Part shown: piece by piece, positions 9,071 through 18,603 of the stretch | How the letters are laid out: each line of letters opens with the position of its first letter | Position numbering within the stretch: the first letter of the stretch is position 1 | Origin: an uncultured bacterium | GTDB taxonomy: Bacteria; Babelota; Babeliae; Babelales; JABCYS01 | Length of the DNA: 64,000 nucleotides | Reading direction: 5' to 3' | Assembly (NCBI GenBank): GCA_963705705.1 | Contig: CAVPKK010000004.1 | Location: forward strand, 32,741 to 96,740 | The notes under the pieces: generated by a model | What the model was told of the DNA's origin: nothing | The model's database searches: none | What the model saw: only the letters and a program-made list of their open reading frames with translations | Made by a program: the position numbers and the translations under genes

Positions 9071-10951
9071 ATGATTCAATTACAAAACCTCACATTCGAC
9101 CTCAATACCAACCTCATTTTTGAGGACATTAACTGCACGATCCAAGATAATGATCGTGTAGGAATAATTGGCCGCAATGGTGCCGGCAAATCCACCCTGC
9201 TTAAAATGATTGCCGGCAAACTCACACCGACATCAGGAAGCGTGCATATTCAGCGTGATTCGCGAATCGCATACTTACCACAAGAAGAGATTCTAAATTC
9301 CCCCTTAACCGTTTTTGATGAAGCATTTTCTGCCTTCAGTGAAATGGTGGTGACTGAGCAAAAAATTCATGAAATCGATGAGGCAATCGGCAATGGTACA
9401 TGCACAGACGAGCAGTTGGAAGAGTATGCAGCACTCCATGAGATCATGCGGCAATGGAATAAGGAAGAATCTATTCAACAAACTAAAGATGTACTTGCCG
9501 GATTGGGCTTCACGCCAGCAACAATCCAAAAGAATGTAAGCGAGTTGAGTACTGGTTGGAAAATGCGCCTTGCATTAGCCAAGTTATTATTAACCGATGC
9601 AGATATGTATTTATTTGATGAGCCGACCAACCACTTGGATATTGTTACTCAGCAATGGTTTTTGGAGAAACTGCAGTCGATGAAGCAAGGATTCATGTTG
9701 GTGAGCCATGATCAAGTATATTTGGAAAAAGTATGTACCAGCATCTTGGAAATTGAACGGGGCGAAGGCACCTATTACCGCGGCAATTTACAGTCTTATT
9801 TACGTGCAAAAGAAGAACGAATAGAACTTGCAAAACGAACACGTGCACGGCAAGAACGAGACATTGCGCATAAGCAAACGATTATTGAAAAATTCCGGGC
9901 AAGCGCGACTAAGGCACGGCAGGCGCAAAGCTTGATGAAGAAGATTGACCGTATTGAACTGGTTGAGGTTGAGCCCCCATTGCCGACCATTAAGTTTCAG
10001 TTCCCAAGCCCGCCCAAGCCGGGCAATATTATTCTTACATTCCATAATTTGAGCTATGCCTTTGGGCAACAGCCGCCGGTGTTCCAAAATGCATCGGGCG
10101 AAATACAGCGAGGCGAACGAGTTGCGATTGTAGCTGCCAATGGGGTGGGCAAAAGTACCTTACTTAATTGCATCATGGGTACTTACACGCCAACGTCTGG
10201 CTATGCAAAGTTTGGGCACAACGTGCAAACGGCCTTCTTTGCGCAGGATCAAGCAAGAACATTGCATCCAGATAAAACAGTATTTAATGAAGTATCAGAT
10301 GCATGTCCGAAAATAAGCACGTCGGAAATACGAGCAGTCCTTGGTGCCTTCCAATTTAGTGGTGACGACGTTGATAAAAAAATTAATGTACTGAGCGGCG
10401 GTGAGAAAAATCGTGTTGCAATGGCCAAAGTGTTGTTGCAGCGGGCAAATTTTTTGATACTCGATGAACCAACCAACCATTTGGACCTATATGCCAAGGA
10501 TGTGTTGCGTCAGGCACTCGCATCCTACGAAGGCACGATATTATTTGTTACCCACGACCTTACATTCATAAATAAACTAGCAACGCGCATCATTGAACTA
10601 ACGCCAAACGATGCACATAGTTATCCTGGCACGTATGAAGAGTTTTGTGTTGCAAAAAAATTGGCACACGTTGCAAACTCCAAGGTCACTACACCCATAC
10701 AAGTGAATTCGAAAAAGAAAGAGAAAAATCCAGAGCATCGGGAATTATATAAAGAGATCCAATCTTTGGAACGATCTATTAATAAGCTCGAACATGAAGA
10801 GAAAAGGGAAGTTGAACTTTTAGGCCGCTGTGAGTATGGTTCTAATGAATACAGTAAATCTCTGAAAAAACTGACCGAAACTCAGGAAAAGTTGAAGAAA
10901 GTTCAGATGGAATGGGAAGAAAAAATGGATGATGCGGGTCGAAATCCATGA
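9071..10951 (+). CDS. ABC-F family ATPase (Uup-like, two ABC domains plus C-terminal coiled coil)
   Basis: Two Walker A motifs (GRNGAGKST, GVGKST), two LSGG signature motifs, an inter-domain linker and a C-terminal coiled coil. No TM domain. Confidence 0.85.
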   Translation: MIQLQNLTFDLNTNLIFEDINCTIQDNDRVGIIGRNGAGKSTLLKMIAGKLTPTSGSVHIQRDSRIAYLPQEEILNSPLTVFDEAFSAFSEMVVTEQKIHEIDEAIGNGTCTDEQLEEYAALHEIMRQWNKEESIQQTKDVLAGLGFTPATIQKNVSELSTGWKMRLALAKLLLTDADMYLFDEPTNHLDIVTQQWFLEKLQSMKQGFMLVSHDQVYLEKVCTSILEIERGEGTYYRGNLQSYLRAKEERIELAKRTRARQERDIAHKQTIIEKFRASATKARQAQSLMKKIDRIELVEVEPPLPTIKFQFPSPPKPGNIILTFHNLSYAFGQQPPVFQNASGEIQRGERVAIVAANGVGKSTLLNCIMGTYTPTSGYAKFGHNVQTAFFAQDQARTLHPDKTVFNEVSDACPKISTSEIRAVLGAFQFSGDDVDKKINVLSGGEKNRVAMAKVLLQRANFLILDEPTNHLDLYAKDVLRQALASYEGTILFVTHDLTFINKLATRIIELTPNDAHSYPGTYEEFCVAKKLAHVANSKVTTPIQVNSKKKEKNPEHRELYKEIQSLERSINKLEHEEKREVELLGRCEYGSNEYSKSLKKLTETQEKLKKVQMEWEEKMDDAGRNP

Positions 10952-11784
10952 AGGGATTTTTGATGAAGAAAATTATCGGCTTGGTAATATGCATGACACA
11001 TTTCGCCTTCGGAAGCCCATGTCACCTGACCAAAGAGCAGGCGCAACAGTTGCAACAAAAAGGCTACGTTGTGCTCGAGGGAATTTTAGACAAAGAAGAA
11101 GTTGAGCTTGTCAGAACAATAGTTGATGGTATTGTTGCCGCGTATCAGATAAAAGAATGGGATAATGCATTTGCCAAGGGCTCTCACGGCAAAGATTATT
11201 ACAACATCCGTACGGCACTCGATTATACCTCAGGCCTTGATTATCTCATCGATCATCCGAAATTATATGATGTAATCACTTCGCTTATGGGGCATAACAT
11301 TCATATAACAACCTTCAATCTGTTTGTGCGTAAGCCGTGCACGCAATCAACTGATAACAAACTTGGATTATTTCACGTTGATGTGGGGGCTACCAGCAAA
11401 AAAACTGCTGCTAACTTCCCCATGCAAATAAATGTACAATTTTTTTTAACTGATCTACCTGACGAAAATGCCGGCAATTTTATGGTAGTCCCTGGTACCC
11501 ACTTCAATCATTTATCTGATGGCTACCACCAAATAGCTGAATGCAATAAATATCTTGAAAAAGATCTTTTACCACCAGGAACGGTTCAGATAAAGGCAAA
11601 GGCCGGCGATGTTTTAATTCATTTTTTGGAAGTCTGGCATGCCGTCGCTCCAAATTATTCAAACAATACACGCAAAAGCATTGGGCTGCGCTATGGGCAA
11701 AAGTCAGTTCGAAATGAAAATTTTAAGATAAATCCCGATATTCTAGGCCGCATGACAACTAGACAGCGTGGCCTATTAAGTTAG
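10948..11784 (+). CDS. Phytanoyl-CoA dioxygenase (PhyH) family 2OG-Fe(II) oxygenase
   Basis: LTKEQAQQLQQKGYVVLEGIL N-terminus, HVD...H facial-triad-like motifs and WHAVAPNYSNNTRKSIGLRYG. Start overlaps the upstream stop (ATGA). Confidence 0.55.
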   Translation: MKGFLMKKIIGLVICMTHFAFGSPCHLTKEQAQQLQQKGYVVLEGILDKEEVELVRTIVDGIVAAYQIKEWDNAFAKGSHGKDYYNIRTALDYTSGLDYLIDHPKLYDVITSLMGHNIHITTFNLFVRKPCTQSTDNKLGLFHVDVGATSKKTAANFPMQINVQFFLTDLPDENAGNFMVVPGTHFNHLSDGYHQIAECNKYLEKDLLPPGTVQIKAKAGDVLIHFLEVWHAVAPNYSNNTRKSIGLRYGQKSVRNENFKINPDILGRMTTRQRGLLS

Positions 11785-11829
11785 GGGGCACTTTGACTTC
11801 ATAGTGCGGCTGGCTAGACTTTTGTCATT

Positions 11830-13497
11830 ATGATTACAAAAAAACTACACCTAGCACTCGCATTATTTACAGCCGTTGCACCCGTTATTGCAAATCCTCA
11901 ACACAACGATTCGTGGGAGTTTGGCAATCTTGTGCAGCATTCACTTAATAACACATCGCAACGCAACCGCCTTAAGCAGGCCTGGACCGACATCTGCAAT
12001 GTCTTTGGTCTGGTAGGTGCGGAGTTTGCAAATCGGATAACCTTAAGTAACAGAGAAGCCGATGTTATTACGCGGTTTGTAAGACAAAATAAAGAACTGT
12101 ATGCCGCTTATGCCGCGACGGGGAATATTGATGATATTTTACCGCAAGTAAGCCAATCAGAAGTTAATGCCATCTTTACATCCAATCTCTATTTACGGGC
12201 TACCGATACGTTAAAAGATATGTGCCGAAATGAAGATCTTCTCTCACGCTGCTCAAATGCTATTAGATCAGCGGGCACCCAGATCATCCAATTTCTTGAT
12301 GCATTGCAACCAAGATCAGACACAGAACGAGCCGACGTAGCGACCATCCGCGAAGAGGTGCGAACGTTTGTAAATTCAGCTGAACCGAATGCCCGAGATT
12401 TAGCGGCTGCATTTACCGACTGGCTATCATCCTATCGCGCCGGGCTTAAACGAGGCATCATAAAAGCACCTCAATTTATACTACCTACCTCGTGGGCACG
12501 CTTACAACATTATGCGGAAGCGGCCCTCCGTGCTTGCGAAGTCGGTGATGGGTTTGTATTCAATCCAATTGTTTCTCTGCTTGAATCGATGGGAAAGGTG
12601 CTGGAAAAACGCTTTGCACCGCCCGCAGCTCCGGCTGATCATGCCACTTATGCGCCCGCTCCAGATAATGGTGATTCCGGGTTCGTTGATCACTTAAAAA
12701 ATTATGGTTTGATGTATGCCGGCATTACCGTTGGTGGTATTGCCATTTGGTATTATTGGTATCGTTCTGCTGCGCAACCGCGACGAGAACCGGATTTAGA
12801 TCCGCGGCCGCGACGACCAGAACCGAATCCAAATCCAAATCGTGGCCAAGGCGCCGTACCGCCACCGCCGCCGTATCAAGAAAATCCACCGCCTATTAAC
12901 CCTGAGTATGCACCAGGGAACCAAGCTCCGGTTTATCCTCGGCTTAATCCACTACCGCAGCCGCCGAATCCGCATCAGGCGCCGCCAGTTGTTCAGGCAC
13001 CACCGGTAGTAAATATTATTAATCAGATGCCAGCTAACCCGCCACAGCCAGCTCCTCAACCGCCAATGGCTGGTTTTATTCCTAATGTAATGGCTTCCAT
13101 GCTTAGGTGCGCTTTTTGCGATCGCCAGCCGTGTTTATGTTGCAGAAGTTGTCATCGCTATCAATGCTCGTGTTGTATGTGGTGCAACCAAACTCCATGC
13201 TTGGGCACTTACGCATTCTGTCTAAATCGACCCCGGCCACAGGCAGTACATGTTCACCATTATCATGAACGACCAGTTTCTCCGGTTGTTGTAGTTCAAC
13301 CTGCACCGGTATCACTGCCAACATATATACCGCCAACAAATGTACGGCCAGCGGTATCATTACCACCAGTTAGCAGCCCAGCAAGTTTGGGCGGTTTTGG
13401 CGGCGGGACTTTCCAGTCATTTGGCAGCTCAGCTAGCAGTGCAAATTCACTATCGCGGGGTAAAGGTTTTGCAACAATGCCTGGGTTTGGCAAATAA
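11830..13497 (+). CDS. Membrane protein with a proline-rich region containing a PPPPPY (PPxY) motif and a Cys-rich C-terminal module; hypothetical, possibly eukaryote-interacting
   Basis: N-terminal hydrophobic leader, an internal TM (GITVGGIAIWYYWY), a ~110-aa Pro-rich tract and the Cys cluster CAFCDRQPCLCCRSCHRYQCSCCMWCNQTPC. Confidence 0.5.
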   Translation: MITKKLHLALALFTAVAPVIANPQHNDSWEFGNLVQHSLNNTSQRNRLKQAWTDICNVFGLVGAEFANRITLSNREADVITRFVRQNKELYAAYAATGNIDDILPQVSQSEVNAIFTSNLYLRATDTLKDMCRNEDLLSRCSNAIRSAGTQIIQFLDALQPRSDTERADVATIREEVRTFVNSAEPNARDLAAAFTDWLSSYRAGLKRGIIKAPQFILPTSWARLQHYAEAALRACEVGDGFVFNPIVSLLESMGKVLEKRFAPPAAPADHATYAPAPDNGDSGFVDHLKNYGLMYAGITVGGIAIWYYWYRSAAQPRREPDLDPRPRRPEPNPNPNRGQGAVPPPPPYQENPPPINPEYAPGNQAPVYPRLNPLPQPPNPHQAPPVVQAPPVVNIINQMPANPPQPAPQPPMAGFIPNVMASMLRCAFCDRQPCLCCRSCHRYQCSCCMWCNQTPCLGTYAFCLNRPRPQAVHVHHYHERPVSPVVVVQPAPVSLPTYIPPTNVRPAVSLPPVSSPASLGGFGGGTFQSFGSSASSANSLSRGKGFATMPGFGK

Positions 13498-13579
13498 AAT
13501 CCTGCGTCTCTACCAATTTCCTCATATAGTATGTTAGCCTTAACATGAATGGCAGCTCAGGCATACATAAAGGATTTTT

Positions 13580-14983
13580 ATGACTACTGCACAAAAAGTT
13601 ATTCGCTACTTTTATCCTGACTTAAAACAGGAAGAGATAAGAAAATTTGGCATATTATCGGTTATTTTTTTTCTTATCATCGGAACTTATTGGTTACTTC
13701 GTCTGCTTAAGTACACCATTTTCCTTAAGATCGCTTTTCCGGAATGCCATGGTTGGGCATCTGAACAGGGCCGTTTGTTTCAGCCAACGGCAAAGAAATT
13801 ATCACCCTGGATAGTGTTGATCATGGTGCTCATCTACTCCAAATTGGTAGATAAGGTAAAAAAGCACCAGCTCTTTTATATAATCTGTACTTTCTATGCC
13901 ATATTGTTTTGCGGATTCGCTGGCATCCTTTTGCTAAAAGATCTCTACGGAACCCAAATGATAGGCAAATTAGCGTTGGCCACACTTGGCTGGGTAAGCT
14001 ATTTTGCCATTGAAAGCTTTGGTTCATTAGTTGTTTCTTTATTTTGGGCATTCACTAATAGCACTACCGATTCCGATTCTGCCAAACGCGGGTTTCCATT
14101 CATTGTGGCTATGGCACAACTAGCAGCCATTTTTGGATCTGGCACATTATTCTTTTCTGGTTCTCTTGGAACACTGTGGCCTATTTTGCTATTGGCCTCT
14201 ATCTTGGTTTTGGCCGTTATTCCTTGCGTGCGTTATTTCGAGCAACACGTTCCCGCATCAATGATGGTTGGTAACGTTGCTGCGGCGGCAACTGAGAAAA
14301 GGAAGGAAGGCTTCATTGAAGGATTTGTTTCAGGAATTGTATTACTATTTTCTCGCTCCTATTTACTTGGCGTGCTTGTAATTTCAACCTTCTACGAAGC
14401 GGTATCACAAATTGTGGAATATCAGATGCAAGCATATGCCTGCATGGCACCAGCGTATAAAAGCGAAATCGCTTTTGCCCAGTTTATGAGCCTGTATGGC
14501 ATCGCGACCAATGTTGTTTCATTCTTGGTTGCATTGCTTGGCACCGGCTACATTCTTAAACGATTTGGTGCCCGCATTAGTTTGTTAGTTTACCCTATCA
14601 CCTTTGGCCTCACCCTGTTAGGGCTATATACCTATTTCAAATTCCACCCTTCCCCGGCGTTACTATTATGGGCAACCTTTGTTGCAGTGGTAATCTTAAA
14701 GGGAGTTGGTTATGCGGTGAATTCGCCAACCAAGGAAATGATGTATATCCCGACCAGCAAGGATGCCAAATTCAAATCTAAAGGTTGGATCGATACCTTC
14801 GGTAGCCGCTTTTCTAAATCCGGCGGCGCCCAAGTTAATGACATGTTTAAAACCAACCTTCCCGATCTTATGTTTTATGGTTCTATGATCGGCTTTGGCG
14901 TGGTCGGCATCTGGATTGTTGCGGCCATCTATGTTGGCACCAGGAACAAACAACTCGTTGAATCTCGCCAAATCATTGAATAG
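13580..14983 (+). CDS. Nucleotide transport protein (NTT/Tlc-type), copy 2
   Basis: FWAFTNSTTDSDSAKRGFPFIVAMAQLAAIFGSG and KSKGWIDTFGSRFSKSGG match NTT family motifs. Paralog of 2954-4330. Confidence 0.85.
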   Translation: MTTAQKVIRYFYPDLKQEEIRKFGILSVIFFLIIGTYWLLRLLKYTIFLKIAFPECHGWASEQGRLFQPTAKKLSPWIVLIMVLIYSKLVDKVKKHQLFYIICTFYAILFCGFAGILLLKDLYGTQMIGKLALATLGWVSYFAIESFGSLVVSLFWAFTNSTTDSDSAKRGFPFIVAMAQLAAIFGSGTLFFSGSLGTLWPILLLASILVLAVIPCVRYFEQHVPASMMVGNVAAAATEKRKEGFIEGFVSGIVLLFSRSYLLGVLVISTFYEAVSQIVEYQMQAYACMAPAYKSEIAFAQFMSLYGIATNVVSFLVALLGTGYILKRFGARISLLVYPITFGLTLLGLYTYFKFHPSPALLLWATFVAVVILKGVGYAVNSPTKEMMYIPTSKDAKFKSKGWIDTFGSRFSKSGGAQVNDMFKTNLPDLMFYGSMIGFGVVGIWIVAAIYVGTRNKQLVESRQIIE

Positions 14984-15101
14984 ATTTGGAATTACAAATA
15001 GCGATAATTAAGCGCTTTCTGCCTTTGACAGGCAAATCAGACGTATTAACCTGTACCCTACCCAAAAATATCACCATCGATTTTACTCACGAGTATTAAC
15101 A

Positions 15102-16592
15102 ATGATACGTCAATCAGTTATTTCCTTGCTTCTTCTTGGAACCTTAAGCCTGCCGCTTCATGGCATGCATGCCGAGCACGATAGGTTTGAGCGAAGAGAC
15201 AATTACCGACGACCTCACCAAAGACCTAATCTCGCCGCGATACGGGCTCTTGGTGTTGCAGCAGGAGTTGTTGGTTGCGGTGTAATGGGCTCACTCTTCT
15301 ATGGAATTATTGACGGACAATCGACGCATGAAGGGGCGGATCATATCCAACTGTATGAAGCCGTTCGACTGCAGCAGTCGTGGTTGCTTCATCGTGTTAT
15401 ATCGGGATCCGTTGCCATAACGAATATCTTCAAAAGAGCAGATAAGGCTGGCATAAAAAGATCTACACTTTATAAAGAAGCATTAAAATTTGCTGAAGAG
15501 ATTTATGATCATCCAATCGCACGTATCTTGCATCAGCGGCTAACCGTCCAAGAGCAAGCGGAGCTTATGGCCGACTCTGAAGCTGCGATCGCACAAGCCA
15601 CTCAAATTCCGGCGCCTGTAACAACCACACAGCCACAAAATGAAACACCGTTGATTGCAGCAAAAAGATTTGATGCCGCCGACCTCATTAGCATATCCCT
15701 AGTTACGGCAGCAATAGCAGCAGCCGGCATGCGCGTAGTTACTAAGAAAAAATACAGCCAAGATCTACTTGATTCGCGAAATACCGAAGCTGATTTAAAT
15801 AAACAATTGGCTGCAGCAAATGCTCATTCACGTGATCTGCAAGCGCAGATATTAAACGCGCAAGTGCGCGCCAACAATTTGCAAAATCAAGTTCATGGAC
15901 TGAACGGACAAATTAATGCGCGCGTGGTAGAAATTGCTGCATTGAATCAACAACTAGCCGATGCAAGAAATGCACCTGCCATTGAACAACGACAATTACG
16001 GCGCGAACGCGATGTGTTAATGCTGCAGGTGGATAATTATGTAGAAGAAAGAAATGCCTGGGATGCAGAAAGAGTCCAACTGATCCAACAGGCTAACAAT
16101 TTGCAGCGACAGCTCAATCAGCGCAATGCTCAACCAGTGGCACCCGCTCCTGCTCCGGCGCCAGCACCTAACAATCAACGGCCGGTGCCGGTGCAGAATG
16201 CAAGTCTATCGCCAAGTAATCAAGCAGCCCTTACACCTACCCTTGTTCAGCTAGCTGATCAAGCTAATCGACTTTTGGCACGAGCGCAGCAAGAACGTGA
16301 AGCAAATGGCAAACGTAAAGACGAAGAGGATGAAAAAGAGGCAAAAGAGTACAAAATGGAATGTACCATTTGCATGGAAGATCGTTTAAAAACCGAAATG
16401 ATTTATTTCCATCCGCCTTCAAAAGCTATACAAGAACGCCATCTTGCGTGCATAGACTGCCTTCCTAGCTTTTTGGCCAAACCAACTGACTGTCCTAATT
16501 GTCGCGAAAATATTGATGCTGACCGCAACCGTGCCTATATTAAATCCCAGCTGGATATATTTGAAACTGAACTAGCGGCACGACGAGGCTAA
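15102..16592 (+). CDS. Paralog-family membrane protein with a C-terminal RING/U-box-like zinc finger (eukaryotic-type E3 ligase-like)
   Basis: Leader peptide, conserved LYEAVRLQQSWLLH helical module, an internal TM, a long coiled coil, then CTICMED..H..H..CIDC..CPNC (C-x2-C-x12-H-x9-H-x2-C-x2-C-x10-C-x2-C). Confidence 0.7.
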   Translation: MIRQSVISLLLLGTLSLPLHGMHAEHDRFERRDNYRRPHQRPNLAAIRALGVAAGVVGCGVMGSLFYGIIDGQSTHEGADHIQLYEAVRLQQSWLLHRVISGSVAITNIFKRADKAGIKRSTLYKEALKFAEEIYDHPIARILHQRLTVQEQAELMADSEAAIAQATQIPAPVTTTQPQNETPLIAAKRFDAADLISISLVTAAIAAAGMRVVTKKKYSQDLLDSRNTEADLNKQLAAANAHSRDLQAQILNAQVRANNLQNQVHGLNGQINARVVEIAALNQQLADARNAPAIEQRQLRRERDVLMLQVDNYVEERNAWDAERVQLIQQANNLQRQLNQRNAQPVAPAPAPAPAPNNQRPVPVQNASLSPSNQAALTPTLVQLADQANRLLARAQQEREANGKRKDEEDEKEAKEYKMECTICMEDRLKTEMIYFHPPSKAIQERHLACIDCLPSFLAKPTDCPNCRENIDADRNRAYIKSQLDIFETELAARRG

Positions 16593-16593
16593 T

Positions 16594-18603
16594 ATGTTTA
16601 AGAAACAATGGAGTGTTCCTATCCTCGTCATCGCGTTCCTTTTCCAGCCGGTACTCTATGCCAGTCCAAAAAACATGTATGCGGCAATACAAGAGCAACA
16701 CGTTAAATCGTTCCATATTGAGACTGCGGCTAATTGGGATGAAAACTCCTTTTATAAATTTGTGGTGCGCTATTTTAGGGAACAGAAAAATCCAACCGTA
16801 CGCAATAAACGCGAACTTGCATTTAATGTCCTAAAGTCTAACGCCAATGCACAGGCGAACAAATCTTCAGTCAATACTATTCTTGATCAAAATTCATGGG
16901 AAGATCTAAATTTATTTTTCAATAAAAGCGGCGCGCAGCATTGCTTAGCTGAAGTTATTAACCGAGCGACCACCGAGATTGGCCGCGTAACCTTATACCG
17001 CATGCTGGCTGAGCCGTGTGCTAATATTGATGAACTCAAAAAGCGACAAGCAATTATTCGCGAGCTGATAGAAAACGAAAAACTATTTCAATCATTAAGT
17101 GAAGCTTTGCATCTGGCACGTCAGCAGGAAAATTTGCTGCTCGCATTTTGGGATACTGACGCACTTAAGGGCGCAAGCAGAAGCCTCTATTACGAAATTG
17201 AAGCGGTACAGTATCTCAATAATTCTCAGTATGCTCTTGCCGCAAAACACCTACTTGATAACGGGCAACGGCTTACCTTCTTGGGAACCAACATTGCCGC
17301 TACGGTAATATTGCCTCTCTATACATTTGGGCGAGCAATTAAATATCGCAATGCTGGCTTTGAGGATCTTTCAAAAAAATTGATGGCGCTCAGTGGACCT
17401 GTGTCAGCATTCGGTTCTATGATTGAAAATCCATGGGTGCAAGGTTTCATTAGCCTTGGCTCAGCTGCATGCTGCGGTTTATGGGCTATGGGCATTTATG
17501 ACTGGCAACGCGGGAGCATGGCCTTAACCAATGTATTGCGGATCCGCATGCAGCATGTTGGTACATTTATGAATGCTATCAATCAAGCCGGCGTAACGGC
17601 AGCGAGCAATCCAATACTCAAAGATATGCCAGCCGTGAGCGCATTACAGCAATTCTTTGCTCCTGATGCAATGCATACACCTGGCGTAAAACAATTGCTT
17701 GATACATTGGATGCCAACAAAATAAGTTCATTAGACTTGCTTGCCACCGGAAAATTATTGAGCGCTTTCAAGCAGATGAATGATCACAAAGATAAACTTA
17801 TTCCGGCCATTGCTGCTTTTGGAGAGTTGGACGCATATTTGGCGATTGCAAAGTTGTATAAAGAATTCAATACCGAACGCGTTAATTTCACCTTTGCTCA
17901 GTACCTTGATGCTGAAAGACCATATATCCGTCTGACCAATTTCTGGAATCCATTCATTAATCCAGAGAAGGTAGTCTCCAATAGTATCGAATTAGGTGGC
18001 GCGCAGCGAAATAATATGATTGTTACCGGTCCAAATGCTGGCGGCAAGTCAACTACACTCAAAGGCATTGCCATCTGCCTCATTATGGCGCAAACATTTG
18101 GTATAGTACCTGCACAAGAAGCAGTGATTACGCCATTTACCAAAATTGCCTCGTATCTGAACATTACCGATGATATTGTGGCCGGGCATTCACTATTTAA
18201 AGCGGAAGTTATGCGTGCTCATAATTTAATTGAAACAGTAGAAAAGCTTGGGCCAAAGCAATTTAGTTTTGTGATTTTAGATGAAATCTTTAACGGAACT
18301 TCGCCACACGAAGGAGCCGCAGCCGCTTATGGAACTGCAAAACATCTGGGAACTTTCGATCGCAGCATTGCTATCGTAGCAACACATTTTTCATTGCTTA
18401 CTGATCTTGAAAAGATATCTAACTCATTCACAAATTATCGCGTTCGCGTTAATAAACAACATGACGGACGATTAGAGTATCCATTTACTATTGAACATGG
18501 CATATCAGATCAGAATGTAGCACTTGATATGCTCCGGCTTGAAGGATTCAAAGGCGAGATTTTGAAAGAAGCCGAAAACATCTTACGGCAGAGGCGCACA
18601 TGA
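16594..18603 (+). CDS. MutS-family protein (core/clamp plus ABC ATPase domain V) without a mismatch-binding domain, with an N-terminal signal-peptide-like segment
   Basis: Walker A TGPNAGGKST, the MutS signature IAAFGELDAYLAIAKL, Walker B FVILDE and STHF. N-terminus MFKKQWSVPILVIAFLFQPVLYA. Abuts the flanking RING genes. Confidence 0.7.
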   Translation: MFKKQWSVPILVIAFLFQPVLYASPKNMYAAIQEQHVKSFHIETAANWDENSFYKFVVRYFREQKNPTVRNKRELAFNVLKSNANAQANKSSVNTILDQNSWEDLNLFFNKSGAQHCLAEVINRATTEIGRVTLYRMLAEPCANIDELKKRQAIIRELIENEKLFQSLSEALHLARQQENLLLAFWDTDALKGASRSLYYEIEAVQYLNNSQYALAAKHLLDNGQRLTFLGTNIAATVILPLYTFGRAIKYRNAGFEDLSKKLMALSGPVSAFGSMIENPWVQGFISLGSAACCGLWAMGIYDWQRGSMALTNVLRIRMQHVGTFMNAINQAGVTAASNPILKDMPAVSALQQFFAPDAMHTPGVKQLLDTLDANKISSLDLLATGKLLSAFKQMNDHKDKLIPAIAAFGELDAYLAIAKLYKEFNTERVNFTFAQYLDAERPYIRLTNFWNPFINPEKVVSNSIELGGAQRNNMIVTGPNAGGKSTTLKGIAICLIMAQTFGIVPAQEAVITPFTKIASYLNITDDIVAGHSLFKAEVMRAHNLIETVEKLGPKQFSFVILDEIFNGTSPHEGAAAAYGTAKHLGTFDRSIAIVATHFSLLTDLEKISNSFTNYRVRVNKQHDGRLEYPFTIEHGISDQNVALDMLRLEGFKGEILKEAENILRQRRT

